DNA of 64,000 nucleotides, taken from a virus. The position numbers were made by a program, and so were the translations under genes. The notes below the pieces were generated by a model. The model did not search any database, had not been told where the DNA came from, and saw only the letters and a list, made by a program, of their open reading frames with translations. The stretch lies in the IMG/VR virus record IMGVR_UViG_3300010885_033832, positions 1 to 64,000 of that record. One strand, written 5' to 3'. Of this stretch, positions 11,321 through 21,254 are shown piece after piece. Position 1 is the first letter of the stretch. Each line of letters begins with the position of its first letter.

Positions 11321-14275
11321 CTAGCTCGCCTTCGTGTATGTGAATGTCGTGGGGGATGGGACGGATGTGATGGCCGTACCCGCACTGTTAAGTCCAGTGT
11401 TGGTCAAATTTGTGATTGTTCCGGTGGCCGTACCGTCCTCTACTACGGCAGCAGTTTGTGAACCAAAGTAGTAGTAGGTGAAAGACGTCGTAGTCGGGAT
11501 GGACTGAATGTAGTAGGTACCCTCATATGAGTCGTAGGTACTATTAAATAAGGGGCTGATTTGATCCCCAATTGAGAACCCATGCGCGGCTGTTGTTGTG
11601 ACGGTGACAAGCTGAGTGGCATATCCGCCGTAAGCAAAGGCGTCAACTGTGGCGGTGGTTGGCAGATCGATAACTACACGGTCGCCAAGGGAGAATCCAT
11701 GTGCAGCTGTAGTGATCATAGTCACCGTTGTTCCGCTCAGAGCCTTGAGGGCCAGAGTTGTGCTCACTGGGAGGACAACCGACGCATCCCCACCACTGGT
11801 CAATCCGTGCGCTGTTCGAGTAGTAAGTGTTGCAACGCCCGATTCGTTCATGCTCTTAGTGGCAATTGAGGAAAGGGACGGACTAGCAATATTGATTATG
11901 TCGCCCGCGGCAAATCCGTGTGCTGGTTGAGTTGTAATTGTCACAATATCGGTACTGGTGTTAAAAGCGTACGATGTTGCGGTGGTCGTAGAGGGGAGTG
12001 CCACATTAATTCGACTACCATCAGCCCAAGAATGGTTTGAGTTGAGGGTGAGAGTGGCAATATCAGTTGTAGCGTTATAGGCTTTTTGCGTAATGTTTCG
12101 TTCTTCTGTCCCCTCTACTGTAACAAGATCACCAATACCAAGACCATGAGCAGTTTGTGTACTGACAGTTACAATATCAGTTGACGCAACTGCCGAAGTC
12201 GTTGAGATATCAAGAATTTCTGGCAAGAAAACATTTACTGTATCTCCCAATCCAAGGAAGTGTGCCCGATCAAATTTGAGTGTAGCAAGAATAATTTTTG
12301 CGGTGCCCGAATCTGACCCCGCTCCAGCTACGTTTCCACTCGTCGTATGATCAAATGAAAAAGTAAATGGTGACTCGGTAGTGACTCCAGTAATAGACCA
12401 CAGCCCATTGAAAGCACCAGACCCATTAGTAGTCCCTGAAACTCTAACGGGGTATCCAATTTTAAACCCGTGAGCAGCGGAGGTTGTGACCGTTACAGTC
12501 GAGCCGCTTCGCGTTGTATTAGTGATAGTAGCGGTAGTAGTTGCGTACGATTTATTTACAGTGTTGTAGTTATCAAAGCTGTCAGTGAGAGTGATATCAG
12601 TCGAACCAGCGTCAAGTTTGATCCAGTCAATGAGAGGCTCGAGCTTGGAACGCTGACCAACAGTGATGCCATTGAATGATACTTCTTTATTGTAGGTGTC
12701 TACTACCAAAGTGTCTGGGTTTGTGAGCTTTACATCAACCCCGCCGCTAATTGTGGTGGTGACAATGTCTTCCCCATCATCAGTTCCAAATAGAAGTACA
12801 TCGACTAGCGAGTAAGAGAATGTATATGGCGTCTCAGTGGTGGTAGCAGTGACAACATGACTACCCCCTTGCGGGTCGATGTTCGGGTCATTAGATAGCC
12901 AATTAAAAGAAATGGTATCCCCCACTAACAAACCGTGGTCAGCATCAGTAGTAACTGTGACTATCAAGTTATCTCGGGTGTACGACGTACCCCGTGCAAT
13001 GGCCCCAGCATCACGCAACGCCGAAACAAGTGTGATTGTTTCGTCACGGTCTCGGCTTGTAGCATGGATGGTACTTCCCGACCCGATGGGTCCGAGAACA
13101 GTGATACTTGGCGTGACTGTTGTGTTTCCGGCGTTTACTGCCGTCACTGATTTTGATGCACCCGTTGGGCTAGTGGTGGTGTCGGGGACCAGACCATTAA
13201 TACTCTTGACTTCATATCCATTAACCTGGTTGTCAGCCCATGCGTACTTGATTGGGTCAGCGGCCCGAAGAGTGATAGAGAACTCGGTACGACCGCGAGC
13301 GTTTACCGTCGTAATGATTGGCTGTCCGACAAGACGAACTTTGGCAACCTTGGTGGGAACCTCGTCGACACGGAGAGTTGAGACGCGCCGAACCAAGTCT
13401 GTTTCAGTAATTAGTCGGCCAAGTGCCTTGGGGAGGTAGTCCCGGCTTTGAGGGAGGAATACTCCCGAGAGCGTAATGACGCGAGCCATGTAGCGTCCTG
13501 AGACATCGAACGATCCGTCTTCGGTACCGCGTGTGATATCTGGAACGTCGGGAGATGTCTGCCCCCACCAACCAGTGAGGTCTGTACAGACCCACACGGT
13601 GCCATCTTCATCGATGGTGTTAAATATGAGGCGTCCTAGGGAGATGTCGGCATTGAGCTCTGGTCCCGTGATATGTGGGATTGGCGTTGGGGTGAGCGCG
13701 CGGTTGACAAGTTCTTTTTCGCGTCCCTGTTCGTTAGCAGGGGTATCGCTGAGTTGATCAAAGTATTCATTAACCTGAGAAGCCTGCTCGATGAGAAGAG
13801 CATCGAGATAGAAGATTTCACTCGCTGTAGAAACATCAGTAGTAGCTTGGATTGTTGCAATAGCGTAAGAAACCCCAGTAGGTGCTGTTGTTACGATAGA
13901 GAGTCGGTTATCTTCCCAGCGGTCAGTGTCGTATACGCGGTGGATACCCGAGGTTGGCGATGTAGAACCAAGTGTGTTGTTACTACTGTCGTAGAACGTG
14001 ACCAGCATTTCAATGTCGTTGTAGTACGCAGTAGCGGTGGGGTTGTCTGGTAGGTACACATACACCGAGAACGCATAAGACAGACCTGCGGTAAATCCGG
14101 TGATGTTGGTGGTAGTAGTGCCGTAGAGGCCTGTACCCTTGTTGGTGATCTTGAGAGAATTGTCACCAAAGAACGAGACATTGCTCGATCGAAGGATGGT
14201 GGAGTTGGAGGTTGCTTCCCACCCCGTTGTGTTAGTTTTGAAAGACGGGTTGGGGGCTAGATTAATTCGTGCCAT
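11321..14275 (-). CDS. Distal-tail (Dit)-like minor tail protein with N-terminal carbohydrate-binding-like domain and beta-barrel repeats
   Basis: Directly after the tape measure gene; NLAPNPSF---TTGW N-terminus; Dit-like LTGWW...DG...R-ITLSG...LRAADP segment; HGF repeats. Confidence 0.75.
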   Translation of the reverse strand: MARINLAPNPSFKTNTTGWEATSNSTILRSSNVSFFGDNSLKITNKGTGLYGTTTTNITGFTAGLSYAFSVYVYLPDNPTATAYYNDIEMLVTFYDSSNNTLGSTSPTSGIHRVYDTDRWEDNRLSIVTTAPTGVSYAIATIQATTDVSTASEIFYLDALLIEQASQVNEYFDQLSDTPANEQGREKELVNRALTPTPIPHITGPELNADISLGRLIFNTIDEDGTVWVCTDLTGWWGQTSPDVPDITRGTEDGSFDVSGRYMARVITLSGVFLPQSRDYLPKALGRLITETDLVRRVSTLRVDEVPTKVAKVRLVGQPIITTVNARGRTEFSITLRAADPIKYAWADNQVNGYEVKSINGLVPDTTTSPTGASKSVTAVNAGNTTVTPSITVLGPIGSGSTIHATSRDRDETITLVSALRDAGAIARGTSYTRDNLIVTVTTDADHGLLVGDTISFNWLSNDPNIDPQGGSHVVTATTTETPYTFSYSLVDVLLFGTDDGEDIVTTTISGGVDVKLTNPDTLVVDTYNKEVSFNGITVGQRSKLEPLIDWIKLDAGSTDITLTDSFDNYNTVNKSYATTTATITNTTRSGSTVTVTTSAAHGFKIGYPVRVSGTTNGSGAFNGLWSITGVTTESPFTFSFDHTTSGNVAGAGSDSGTAKIILATLKFDRAHFLGLGDTVNVFLPEILDISTTSAVASTDIVTVSTQTAHGLGIGDLVTVEGTEERNITQKAYNATTDIATLTLNSNHSWADGSRINVALPSTTTATSYAFNTSTDIVTITTQPAHGFAAGDIINIASPSLSSIATKSMNESGVATLTTRTAHGLTSGGDASVVLPVSTTLALKALSGTTVTMITTAAHGFSLGDRVVIDLPTTATVDAFAYGGYATQLVTVTTTAAHGFSIGDQISPLFNSTYDSYEGTYYIQSIPTTTSFTYYYFGSQTAAVVEDGTATGTITNLTNTGLNSAGTAITSVPSPTTFTYTKAS

Positions 14276-17200
14276 TAGATACTACCTCGACGCATTTGAC
14301 GCATAAGTTCTTGAGAGACGACGGACGCGAGTTCGCGCTCGTCCATTCCGGGGGATGGGTTTACGGTAATGTTGACGGTTGATCCTGTGGATCCTGCGGC
14401 TCCTCCGTAGTTTATCGCATTGAGGGTAGAAAGGTTTCGAGCAGTTGCTGCCGAGTTCACGACGTACTCACCGTTGGAGAGCATAGCGGGGATGCGATCG
14501 GACCGACCTCCGCCATAGCCACCAGAGACCATGCCACCGTCCGCGAAGCCCATCATGTTGAGGCCACCGACCATGCCACCGTTCTTGAAGCCTGAGAACT
14601 TGAAGGGGATGGGGATTCCGGCAATTGTAACGGTACCAGCCTTTGGTTGGGCACTGGCGCTAACCCTGATTTTACTTACAGCTGATGCTTTATCAGCGGC
14701 CATTTTTGCGTTGGTTTCAATAAGACTGAAAGAACTCGTGTCTGCGGTAATCTTGACAGCTGGTGGTTTCCAGTCTTTAATAGTTCCATTAATAACACCA
14801 ATGAAAGTTGCGTTATCAATCAAACCCTTATCATATGCTATTTTGGCTTGTCGTTGAATCTGGGTAGCTCCTGCAGCAGTAGCCTGCGCCATAGCAGAGC
14901 TAAACTCCCCTGTCTGCCCGAGGATAGCGTTATTCATTTCGCCAAGTTTTTCAGGCCCATAGGTAGCAATCTCGTCGAACACAAGGTAAGCCTGAGCTCC
15001 ATATGTTTCTTTAATGTAGTCGACTGCTTGTTGACTCAGACCGTTGGCTTGTGCTGTTTGAATGTTGTTAAGGTTCTCAACTAACATCTTGGCGTTTTCT
15101 TTCATGGCGTCCATGAAGCCTTCAACCTGGAATTTTCCATCCTTAAAGCTTGAGGCCATGACATCAACACGATCAGCTGTTGCGTACGAGGCAGCTCCCA
15201 TATCAATGGCAGCCTGCTTAGCAGCTTCGGCCTCTCGTCGGAAAGCAACTTCACCCTCACCGAGGGCGTAGTTCATGGCAAGCTGGGCATCAATCAGACC
15301 ATCTTTACCGACGAGTGAGATACCTTCGGCAGCAGCTGATGTTTGGAGAGACTTGACATACTCATCACCAAATGCTTCGACACCACCTGTAAGTTCAATA
15401 AACTCGGCGGTAGTTGCTCCGGTGCTGGTCTTAAATCCTTGGAGAGCTTGCTGAGCAGCTCTAATGTCAGTCGTGGCGACTTGGGCTAGCGAGGCACCTA
15501 CTTCGTCTAAGCTACCTCTAAATTTTTCAACGTCTGCTAGTCCCTGATTAAATGCAGTTCCAGCGTAGCCGTACATACCACTATACGATCGACCTAGACT
15601 TGTATTTACTTTTGTAAGATTAGTAGTTTCATCTCGGACAGCTTCTAGAGCCGAAGTCATGTCAGATGTATCAAACTTATTGAAAGTGTCGCCAGTCTTA
15701 CCCAAAGCAGCATTGACAGTGTCAATGGCACTGGCATTTGCTTTGAGGGATACAGTTGTTGCCTCTACGCGGGCTTGGAACTGCTTCTCAATTTCTCCTG
15801 AAATGAAAGTAATAGCTGCCATTAAGGCTTCTAAGCCAATCAAGATAAGACCAATAGGGCCTAGTGAGGCGTAAAGTGCTTTACCTAGAAATGCGATGGA
15901 TTTAGTCATACCACCAACCGAACCTATAGCAGCCCTGAATGATGTACCCATAGTGAGGCCAGCATCTCGAGCTTTGTTAAATTCGCCAGAAAGTGAGCTC
16001 CATGCTGCTCGCAGGGGAGTCATTTCAATTCCCATTTTAGCAAAACCAACTGTTAGATTGGAAAGAAGACCAATCATAATTGTCTTAACTTTATTAACTG
16101 TTCCCATGACAAACCCAAGAGCGGAAAAACCAGCAAGAATTGGACCAAAAAAGTCAAGAAGTGGTTTAAATGTCTGCGCTAAAGATGCGAATCCATTTAC
16201 CAGAGAAGACACAACATTGAGGAATACAATGGCAGAATTAGAGTCAGCAAAAGCTGCAGCAAGTTTAGTAAGACCAAGGATAATTTGAGCTAGTGGGGCG
16301 GAGGCTTTGAGAGCTTCTTGAACGAGGTACTCCAGGTAGTACGCACCCTGATTGAGGGTGTTATAGAACTTTTCAATCTCAGGAGACCCACCAGCTTGCG
16401 CCAAAATGTCTACAAGAATTCCAAGCGAGTTTCCGAGAGCAATAGTGTTTTTGGCGGCCTGGACGAAGTAGTTTTGCAAGAATGTCTGGTTCATATTGGC
16501 CCAGCCGTCGGAGGCATCAATCATCCACCCGAGGAGGAGATCACCACCCGATCCTGGACCAAAGTTCGCGGCAATGATGTCTCCAAAGCCATTGAATAGA
16601 TTTCCAAATATTTTGCCAAACTGACCCGCAACTTCGCCCGCCCGAGTGAAGAATGTTTCAAGTTGGCCAGTGGCATTTTTTGTGTCAAGGAACTTGGCAA
16701 AGTCGGCTGCTTTACCGTCAATAAAGGCTGTGAATTTATCAATAAGCGGAGAGGCGGCGTCAAAAATAGTGAGAAGAGATGAGAATACTGAACCAAGAAT
16801 AGATCCAACCTTAGGCATGACATTCGCAACCATGGTAAAGAATTTACCAAGATCATCAATGGCACCAGACTTCATAAGTTGATCAGTAAAGTTTTTGACT
16901 GCTAGGCCGAGAGAGTCACCAACTTGACCAAACCCGTCACGAATTTCTGCAAATAGCCCAGCCTTAGAGAGGCGACGCATTTGTATTTCCAGCATTGGCA
17001 GGAATCCACTGGCCACTTCTTCACGGAGACCGACAAGTTGAGGCTGGATTTCGCGCCTGAGGAAGTCGGCAAATTTTTTCTGACTCTTGGTAAGTTTGTC
17101 ATATGCGGCTGTGGCAGCGCCAGCACCGGCAGTTCGGGCATTGGCTAAGGCTTCTTCAGCATCGAGTTGCGCCCTCAGATTATCTCGTACAGTGCGGGCT

Positions 17201-18105
17201 AGTTCTTCTTCAGCGTCAATCAGTCGCTGTTTAGCGTCAATGACTATATCAGTGGCTTCGACACCATTTTGTGCATACCGCTCTTGTTCAGTGGCAAGAT
17301 CACTTGATCGATCAGCAGCTTGACGGTAGTTAAGATCTGCTTCCTTAAAAGCAAGTTCTGCTTCTCGCCGGGCCCGAGAGTTGGGTGGGAGGTCTTGGAC
17401 CCGAGCAAGATTTTCTCTTGCTTCCTCAAGCGACATGGCTGCGCGTTCTTGGCTGAGAGCGGCATCCTCAGCCTCAAATCCTAGTTGCTGTAGGTACTCA
17501 GCGCCCTCTTTGTACGCGTCATTCAGACCAATCTGAGCACTACGAACATTCTCATTAGCAGCTGCTAGAGACTCTGCATTACGTTCTACAGTAAGGGCTA
17601 AGTTTTTTAAGGCCTGTGCTGTTGCATCAACCCCGGAACCACCACCTCCAGTGGTAGTTTTAAGAGCTGCTCCAATACCACCAAGGGCAAACTTCATGAG
17701 GGCAAACCCAGTTGCCGCTGCGGCCATTGCCCCACCAAGTGCAACCACGGAGGCAGCAGCTAAGCCAGCAGAACCAATCAGAGCACCAAGACCGCCAATA
17801 ATAGAGCCAATAGTTCCAGCAAGAGCCCCAAGTCCTGACTGCAGGTAGTAGCCCTTACGAACTAACTTAGTGAAAGCTTCTGCGGCCTGCTCACCACCAG
17901 GAGCAATTTCCCGGAGGTTGGTAAGAAACTTACCAATCCGCATATCGGCTATCTTGCTCTCAAAGCCCTTTTTGTAGCTATTACCTGCGCGGGTACCTGC
18001 AGACTGAACTTCTCGGTCTACTGTGTTAAACCCGCGCTTAATGTCATCCGCTACCTGACTTGTCAGGGCACGGACGACAATCTCGGCTCTACCTACAACT
18101 GCCAC
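14275..18105 (-). CDS. Tape measure protein
   Basis: 1276 aa, Ala/Gly-rich helical with hydrophobic segments; C-terminal FADGG...SDRIPAMLSNGEYVVN motif; follows the chaperone pair. Confidence 0.92.
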   Translation of the reverse strand: MAVVGRAEIVVRALTSQVADDIKRGFNTVDREVQSAGTRAGNSYKKGFESKIADMRIGKFLTNLREIAPGGEQAAEAFTKLVRKGYYLQSGLGALAGTIGSIIGGLGALIGSAGLAAASVVALGGAMAAAATGFALMKFALGGIGAALKTTTGGGGSGVDATAQALKNLALTVERNAESLAAANENVRSAQIGLNDAYKEGAEYLQQLGFEAEDAALSQERAAMSLEEARENLARVQDLPPNSRARREAELAFKEADLNYRQAADRSSDLATEQERYAQNGVEATDIVIDAKQRLIDAEEELARTVRDNLRAQLDAEEALANARTAGAGAATAAYDKLTKSQKKFADFLRREIQPQLVGLREEVASGFLPMLEIQMRRLSKAGLFAEIRDGFGQVGDSLGLAVKNFTDQLMKSGAIDDLGKFFTMVANVMPKVGSILGSVFSSLLTIFDAASPLIDKFTAFIDGKAADFAKFLDTKNATGQLETFFTRAGEVAGQFGKIFGNLFNGFGDIIAANFGPGSGGDLLLGWMIDASDGWANMNQTFLQNYFVQAAKNTIALGNSLGILVDILAQAGGSPEIEKFYNTLNQGAYYLEYLVQEALKASAPLAQIILGLTKLAAAFADSNSAIVFLNVVSSLVNGFASLAQTFKPLLDFFGPILAGFSALGFVMGTVNKVKTIMIGLLSNLTVGFAKMGIEMTPLRAAWSSLSGEFNKARDAGLTMGTSFRAAIGSVGGMTKSIAFLGKALYASLGPIGLILIGLEALMAAITFISGEIEKQFQARVEATTVSLKANASAIDTVNAALGKTGDTFNKFDTSDMTSALEAVRDETTNLTKVNTSLGRSYSGMYGYAGTAFNQGLADVEKFRGSLDEVGASLAQVATTDIRAAQQALQGFKTSTGATTAEFIELTGGVEAFGDEYVKSLQTSAAAEGISLVGKDGLIDAQLAMNYALGEGEVAFRREAEAAKQAAIDMGAASYATADRVDVMASSFKDGKFQVEGFMDAMKENAKMLVENLNNIQTAQANGLSQQAVDYIKETYGAQAYLVFDEIATYGPEKLGEMNNAILGQTGEFSSAMAQATAAGATQIQRQAKIAYDKGLIDNATFIGVINGTIKDWKPPAVKITADTSSFSLIETNAKMAADKASAVSKIRVSASAQPKAGTVTIAGIPIPFKFSGFKNGGMVGGLNMMGFADGGMVSGGYGGGRSDRIPAMLSNGEYVVNSAATARNLSTLNAINYGGAAGSTGSTVNITVNPSPGMDERELASVVSQELMRQMRRGSI

Positions 18106-18108
18106 GGG

Positions 18109-18522
18109 TTATCCTAGCGGTGTATCGAGAACTCCGCCAAATGGGTCTGGGCTCTCGGGGTTGAAATCAGTGGGTGGGGTGTACGGCTTTGCCGTGGGGT
18201 TAACTGGAGTAACATCGTTAAGATTATCCTCAAGATCCTCGGGATCGAGATATTGTCGACCCTGAGGTTCGTCGGTGACTCCATATGTGTAGTCGCGATC
18301 ATAGAATTCTCGGTACATAACCTTCCTTACCCGAGTTTTCTGCGTGGCTTGTTCCCTAGAGTCAGCAAGGTAGTCATCCTCCATATAATAATGAAGTAGA
18401 TCAAGCATTTTACTTGCCCCCATCTTCTCTAGGTGTATGTTGTTACTTAGGGCTCTTCCGTTGACCGTAGGCCAGAGGTCTAACGCCCACTGGATTAGAC
18501 CTCGGACGGCGATTCCGGGCGG
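18109..18522 (-). CDS. Tail assembly chaperone, frameshift extension (gpT-like)
   Basis: The -1 frame relative to 18495..18830 is open from 18522 (after a TGA at 18523-18525) to 18109; sits just before the tape measure gene. Confidence 0.7.
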   Translation of the reverse strand, partial: PPGIAVRGLIQWALDLWPTVNGRALSNNIHLEKMGASKMLDLLHYYMEDDYLADSREQATQKTRVRKVMYREFYDRDYTYGVTDEPQGRQYLDPEDLEDNLNDVTPVNPTAKPYTPPTDFNPESPDPFGGVLDTPLG

Positions 18523-18830
18523 TCACCGTACTGGGACATTACCCAGCCTACAATTTCACCGAGCGTCTCAGCACTGACAATTTTCTTTTTATCCTTGACA
18601 AGAGCCTGGAATCGCTTGTAGCTTTCCTCTTCAAGAGCTGCAGAGAAGAATTGTGTGATCGAACGAACTGAGTCGCCAGAATCATCACTCGAGCTGGCCG
18701 CAACCAGTTCAAGAATGACAAGTCCCTGCATCTCCTCGACGCAGAAAAACTCTTCGTCGTGAATCTTGAAAGAAATTTTTTCGGAGGCAGCATTGCGCTT
18801 GCCTTCACCAAAGTCTTTAAACTTTGACAT
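18495..18830 (-). CDS. Tail assembly chaperone (gpG-like)
   Basis: 111 aa ending YGDRPESPSEV; canonical position upstream of the tape measure gene. Confidence 0.75.
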   Translation of the reverse strand: MSKFKDFGEGKRNAASEKISFKIHDEEFFCVEEMQGLVILELVAASSSDDSGDSVRSITQFFSAALEEESYKRFQALVKDKKKIVSAETLGEIVGWVMSQYGDRPESPSEV

Positions 18831-18902
18831 GAGTAGTACCTCTATTCTTAGTTATGTCGTTTTAGGCGTACATGCCTAAGATAATTATACCGCAGAACAT
18901 AA

Positions 18903-19433
18903 CTATCGAGGAGTGAATACTCCACGGTCACTGCGAATAATCTCTTCCAGACGGTAAGTAAGGTATGGATTGGGCGCAGTACCGGGGTGGAAAATCTGCT
19001 TTGAGTAGACCGTCCGACCTTTAGACGAAAATCTTAATACCTCTTCTTGATCTGCCTGAATAACGTGTGGTGGAGTCCCCTCGTGGTGGTCGTAGGCATA
19101 AGAAGTGTAGGCACCGATGATACGCTCTTGGCCCCCAGCAAATCGGTTGGCTGACCACCTAATTGAGTTTCTCAGGCGTCCAGTTCTAACGCCAACTTTT
19201 AGTCGAGCAGCATCAGCAACTCGGTTAGCAATACGGTTCATATACAGAGCCACAGGACCCGTCGGACCGTTAACCACCTCATCCAGAATCTCTGGGTAGA
19301 GAATTAGACCGCTAAAAGTATAGCTAAATTGAGGTACTGAAAAAGAGCCCCCACTTGGACGACTACGGTGGGTTGCTCCTTTAACCCGCTTGTACGTTCC
19401 ATACAGCAGGCTATCAGGAAGGCCGTAAGTCAT
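18903..19433 (-). CDS. HK97 gp10-like neck/tail-completion protein
   Basis: VRTGRLRNSI, YAYDHHEGT and HPGTAPNPYL motifs. Confidence 0.7.
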   Translation of the reverse strand: MTYGLPDSLLYGTYKRVKGATHRSRPSGGSFSVPQFSYTFSGLILYPEILDEVVNGPTGPVALYMNRIANRVADAARLKVGVRTGRLRNSIRWSANRFAGGQERIIGAYTSYAYDHHEGTPPHVIQADQEEVLRFSSKGRTVYSKQIFHPGTAPNPYLTYRLEEIIRSDRGVFTPR

Positions 19434-19951
19434 TAGGGAATAGCCATCGTGAGGCTAAGGGTGGTCACAATATATCCACCCTGAACTGCTCCGATTTCAA
19501 CGGTAGCAATAACGCCAGGACCCGATAGGGAGCCGAGATCTTCATCCCAATAATCAAACTGGTTTAGAGATTGGAGGAGAACCCACGAGTCTATAAGGGC
19601 AATATCGGAAGCGCCCTGGATCACTTCAGCAGACGGTGTTCCACCATTCTGCCCAATGACGGGGATAGGTCGAGAAATGTCAACGCTCATTACCGCAGTA
19701 CGAGGCATGTTGCATCGTTGCGGACCAGAAGCTTGATCTCCGGGAGGGCCTAGGTACCCTTGTAAAAATGAGACAGTCAACTGCTCGCAGTCAATGACTG
19801 GCTGCCCAATCGTGTAGTAGCGACGAGACGGCAAAGGCACGCCAAACGACGTGAACACACTCTCTACACGTTCAAGAACGCCAGCGAGTAGGTCACGAAG
19901 ATTGAGCGCCTCCGCGTCAATGTCGTAATTTGCTACCTGAATGGATGGCAT
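19433..19951 (-). CDS. Putative tail terminator/head-tail joining protein
   Basis: 172 aa; synteny between the adaptor and the gp10-like gene; DCEQLTV motif. Confidence 0.55.
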   Translation of the reverse strand: MPSIQVANYDIDAEALNLRDLLAGVLERVESVFTSFGVPLPSRRYYTIGQPVIDCEQLTVSFLQGYLGPPGDQASGPQRCNMPRTAVMSVDISRPIPVIGQNGGTPSAEVIQGASDIALIDSWVLLQSLNQFDYWDEDLGSLSGPGVIATVEIGAVQGGYIVTTLSLTMAIP

Positions 19952-19954
19952 GGA

Positions 19955-20104
19955 TTACTCCGCAGGAGCCTCGTCTACCTCTTCAACAGGGGTTTCGACA
20001 ACAACGGGGGCAGGGGCTTCAACTTTTTTTGCCACAGGGACAGTAACGGTAGGCTTCTGGTTTCCGGGCATATCTTGTGCTCGGAAGTTGGTCATAACGG
20101 TCAT
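19955..20104 (-). CDS. Small acidic Pro/Val-rich protein (49 aa)
   Basis: Manual translation MTVMTNFRAQDMPGNQKP...EEVDEAPAE with an AAGGAG RBS; fills the intergenic gap. Confidence 0.6.
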   Translation of the reverse strand: MTVMTNFRAQDMPGNQKPTVTVPVAKKVEAPAPVVVETPVEEVDEAPAE

Positions 20105-20121
20105 GAGGTCGTTCTCCTTAT

Positions 20122-21177
20122 TTATGTGAGGTCTACATCTAGGTTACCAGATGTAATATAGGTGCTTGCGCCGTTTTGTACTCCATACAGATCCCATGTT
20201 CCAGGATCAATCATGCGAAGTACAGAAAAAGCATCAGCATAGGGGATGGTGATAGAAATATTTGTTGAGGTAACCGTGATGTAGGACGCGCCCGAGACGG
20301 TCTTAGAGTACGTCCCGTCATAACTGCGTAGAACCACTTCAGGAGTCCAACCTGCCTGCGAGTATAAGAACGCAGCATTGATAGAGGCAAGCGTTACGGT
20401 AATGGTTTTGGATTCGCCAGCGGGAACAATGATGTCCCGAGCACTGGCAACAAGCTTTCGTGTCTTGCGTGTGTACTTGCGGGCACGGGGGATGTCCGGG
20501 GTAAAGACGCGAGCGCGCTTCTTTGCTCCGTCTGGGTTGTTGGTCTTGAGGAACAGGTCGATTTCGTAGATACCTGTACGGAGTTCAGCGATAAAGTCCT
20601 GCTGATCGAGGATGGTGTAGTTCACTCCTTGACGCGAAACGGAAGTTACACGACGAGGAAGAGCGCAGTCATCGTCACCTGTCCACAGTCGGATGAACTC
20701 CTGAGCAAGACGCTTGGCCGCAACCTTTCCCATGGTGGGTGGGTTCATGCCGTAGGTGTAGGTGACTTCGATGTCAGCGGGGACAATAAGAGCGCCCTCG
20801 GAGAACTGGATTGTCGATCGATCGACAACGTAGTACTTATCTGGGGAGTAAACCTCACCCTTTGTGCTACGAACAGTCTGAATAGATTGAACGGGCTGAC
20901 TGCGAAGTCGGATACGGGTTTCAGCCGAGACCCACGGCTCAATCATCTCCGTTGTCTTGGTGATAATAGCATTGACGAGAGCCGCTTCTTGAAGCAGGTG
21001 CATGTTGAGGAGCGGTGCAAATCGGACGTAGCGCTCGGTGATTGTTTGCGTTCCGAAATACTTACGGCCCGACATTGACCACATCAAGTAGGACGCAGTC
21101 TTCACCGCATCCTGAGCGTATTCATTTTCTTGGAATTGAGGTTCGAGTTCGTCGACCGTGATCCAAAGTCCAGCCAT
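20122..21177 (-). CDS. Head-to-tail adaptor with C-terminal extension
   Basis: A--LMWSMSGRKY, YTYG--PP, CALPRRVTSVSRQGV motifs typical of actinophage adaptors. Confidence 0.75.
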   Translation of the reverse strand: MAGLWITVDELEPQFQENEYAQDAVKTASYLMWSMSGRKYFGTQTITERYVRFAPLLNMHLLQEAALVNAIITKTTEMIEPWVSAETRIRLRSQPVQSIQTVRSTKGEVYSPDKYYVVDRSTIQFSEGALIVPADIEVTYTYGMNPPTMGKVAAKRLAQEFIRLWTGDDDCALPRRVTSVSRQGVNYTILDQQDFIAELRTGIYEIDLFLKTNNPDGAKKRARVFTPDIPRARKYTRKTRKLVASARDIIVPAGESKTITVTLASINAAFLYSQAGWTPEVVLRSYDGTYSKTVSGASYITVTSTNISITIPYADAFSVLRMIDPGTWDLYGVQNGASTYITSGNLDVDLT

Positions 21178-21203
21178 TTTTTATTCCTAATCCTTTATGG
21201 TAA

Positions 21204-21235
21204 ATGGGTGGCACACCGTGAGACGTGCCACCCAT
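21204..21235 (-). terminator. Hairpin downstream of major tail gene
   Basis: ATGGGTGGCAC-N10-GTGCCACCCAT inverted repeat followed by TT on the minus strand. Confidence 0.65.
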
Positions 21236-21254
21236 CCACCTAGTTAACTATTGG

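Noticed and set aside
11318-11323. Genome-wide TAG reassignment
   Set aside because: Many genes end at TAG followed by terminators or new RBS-led genes, and coding density is high under the standard code; only local read-through remains possible
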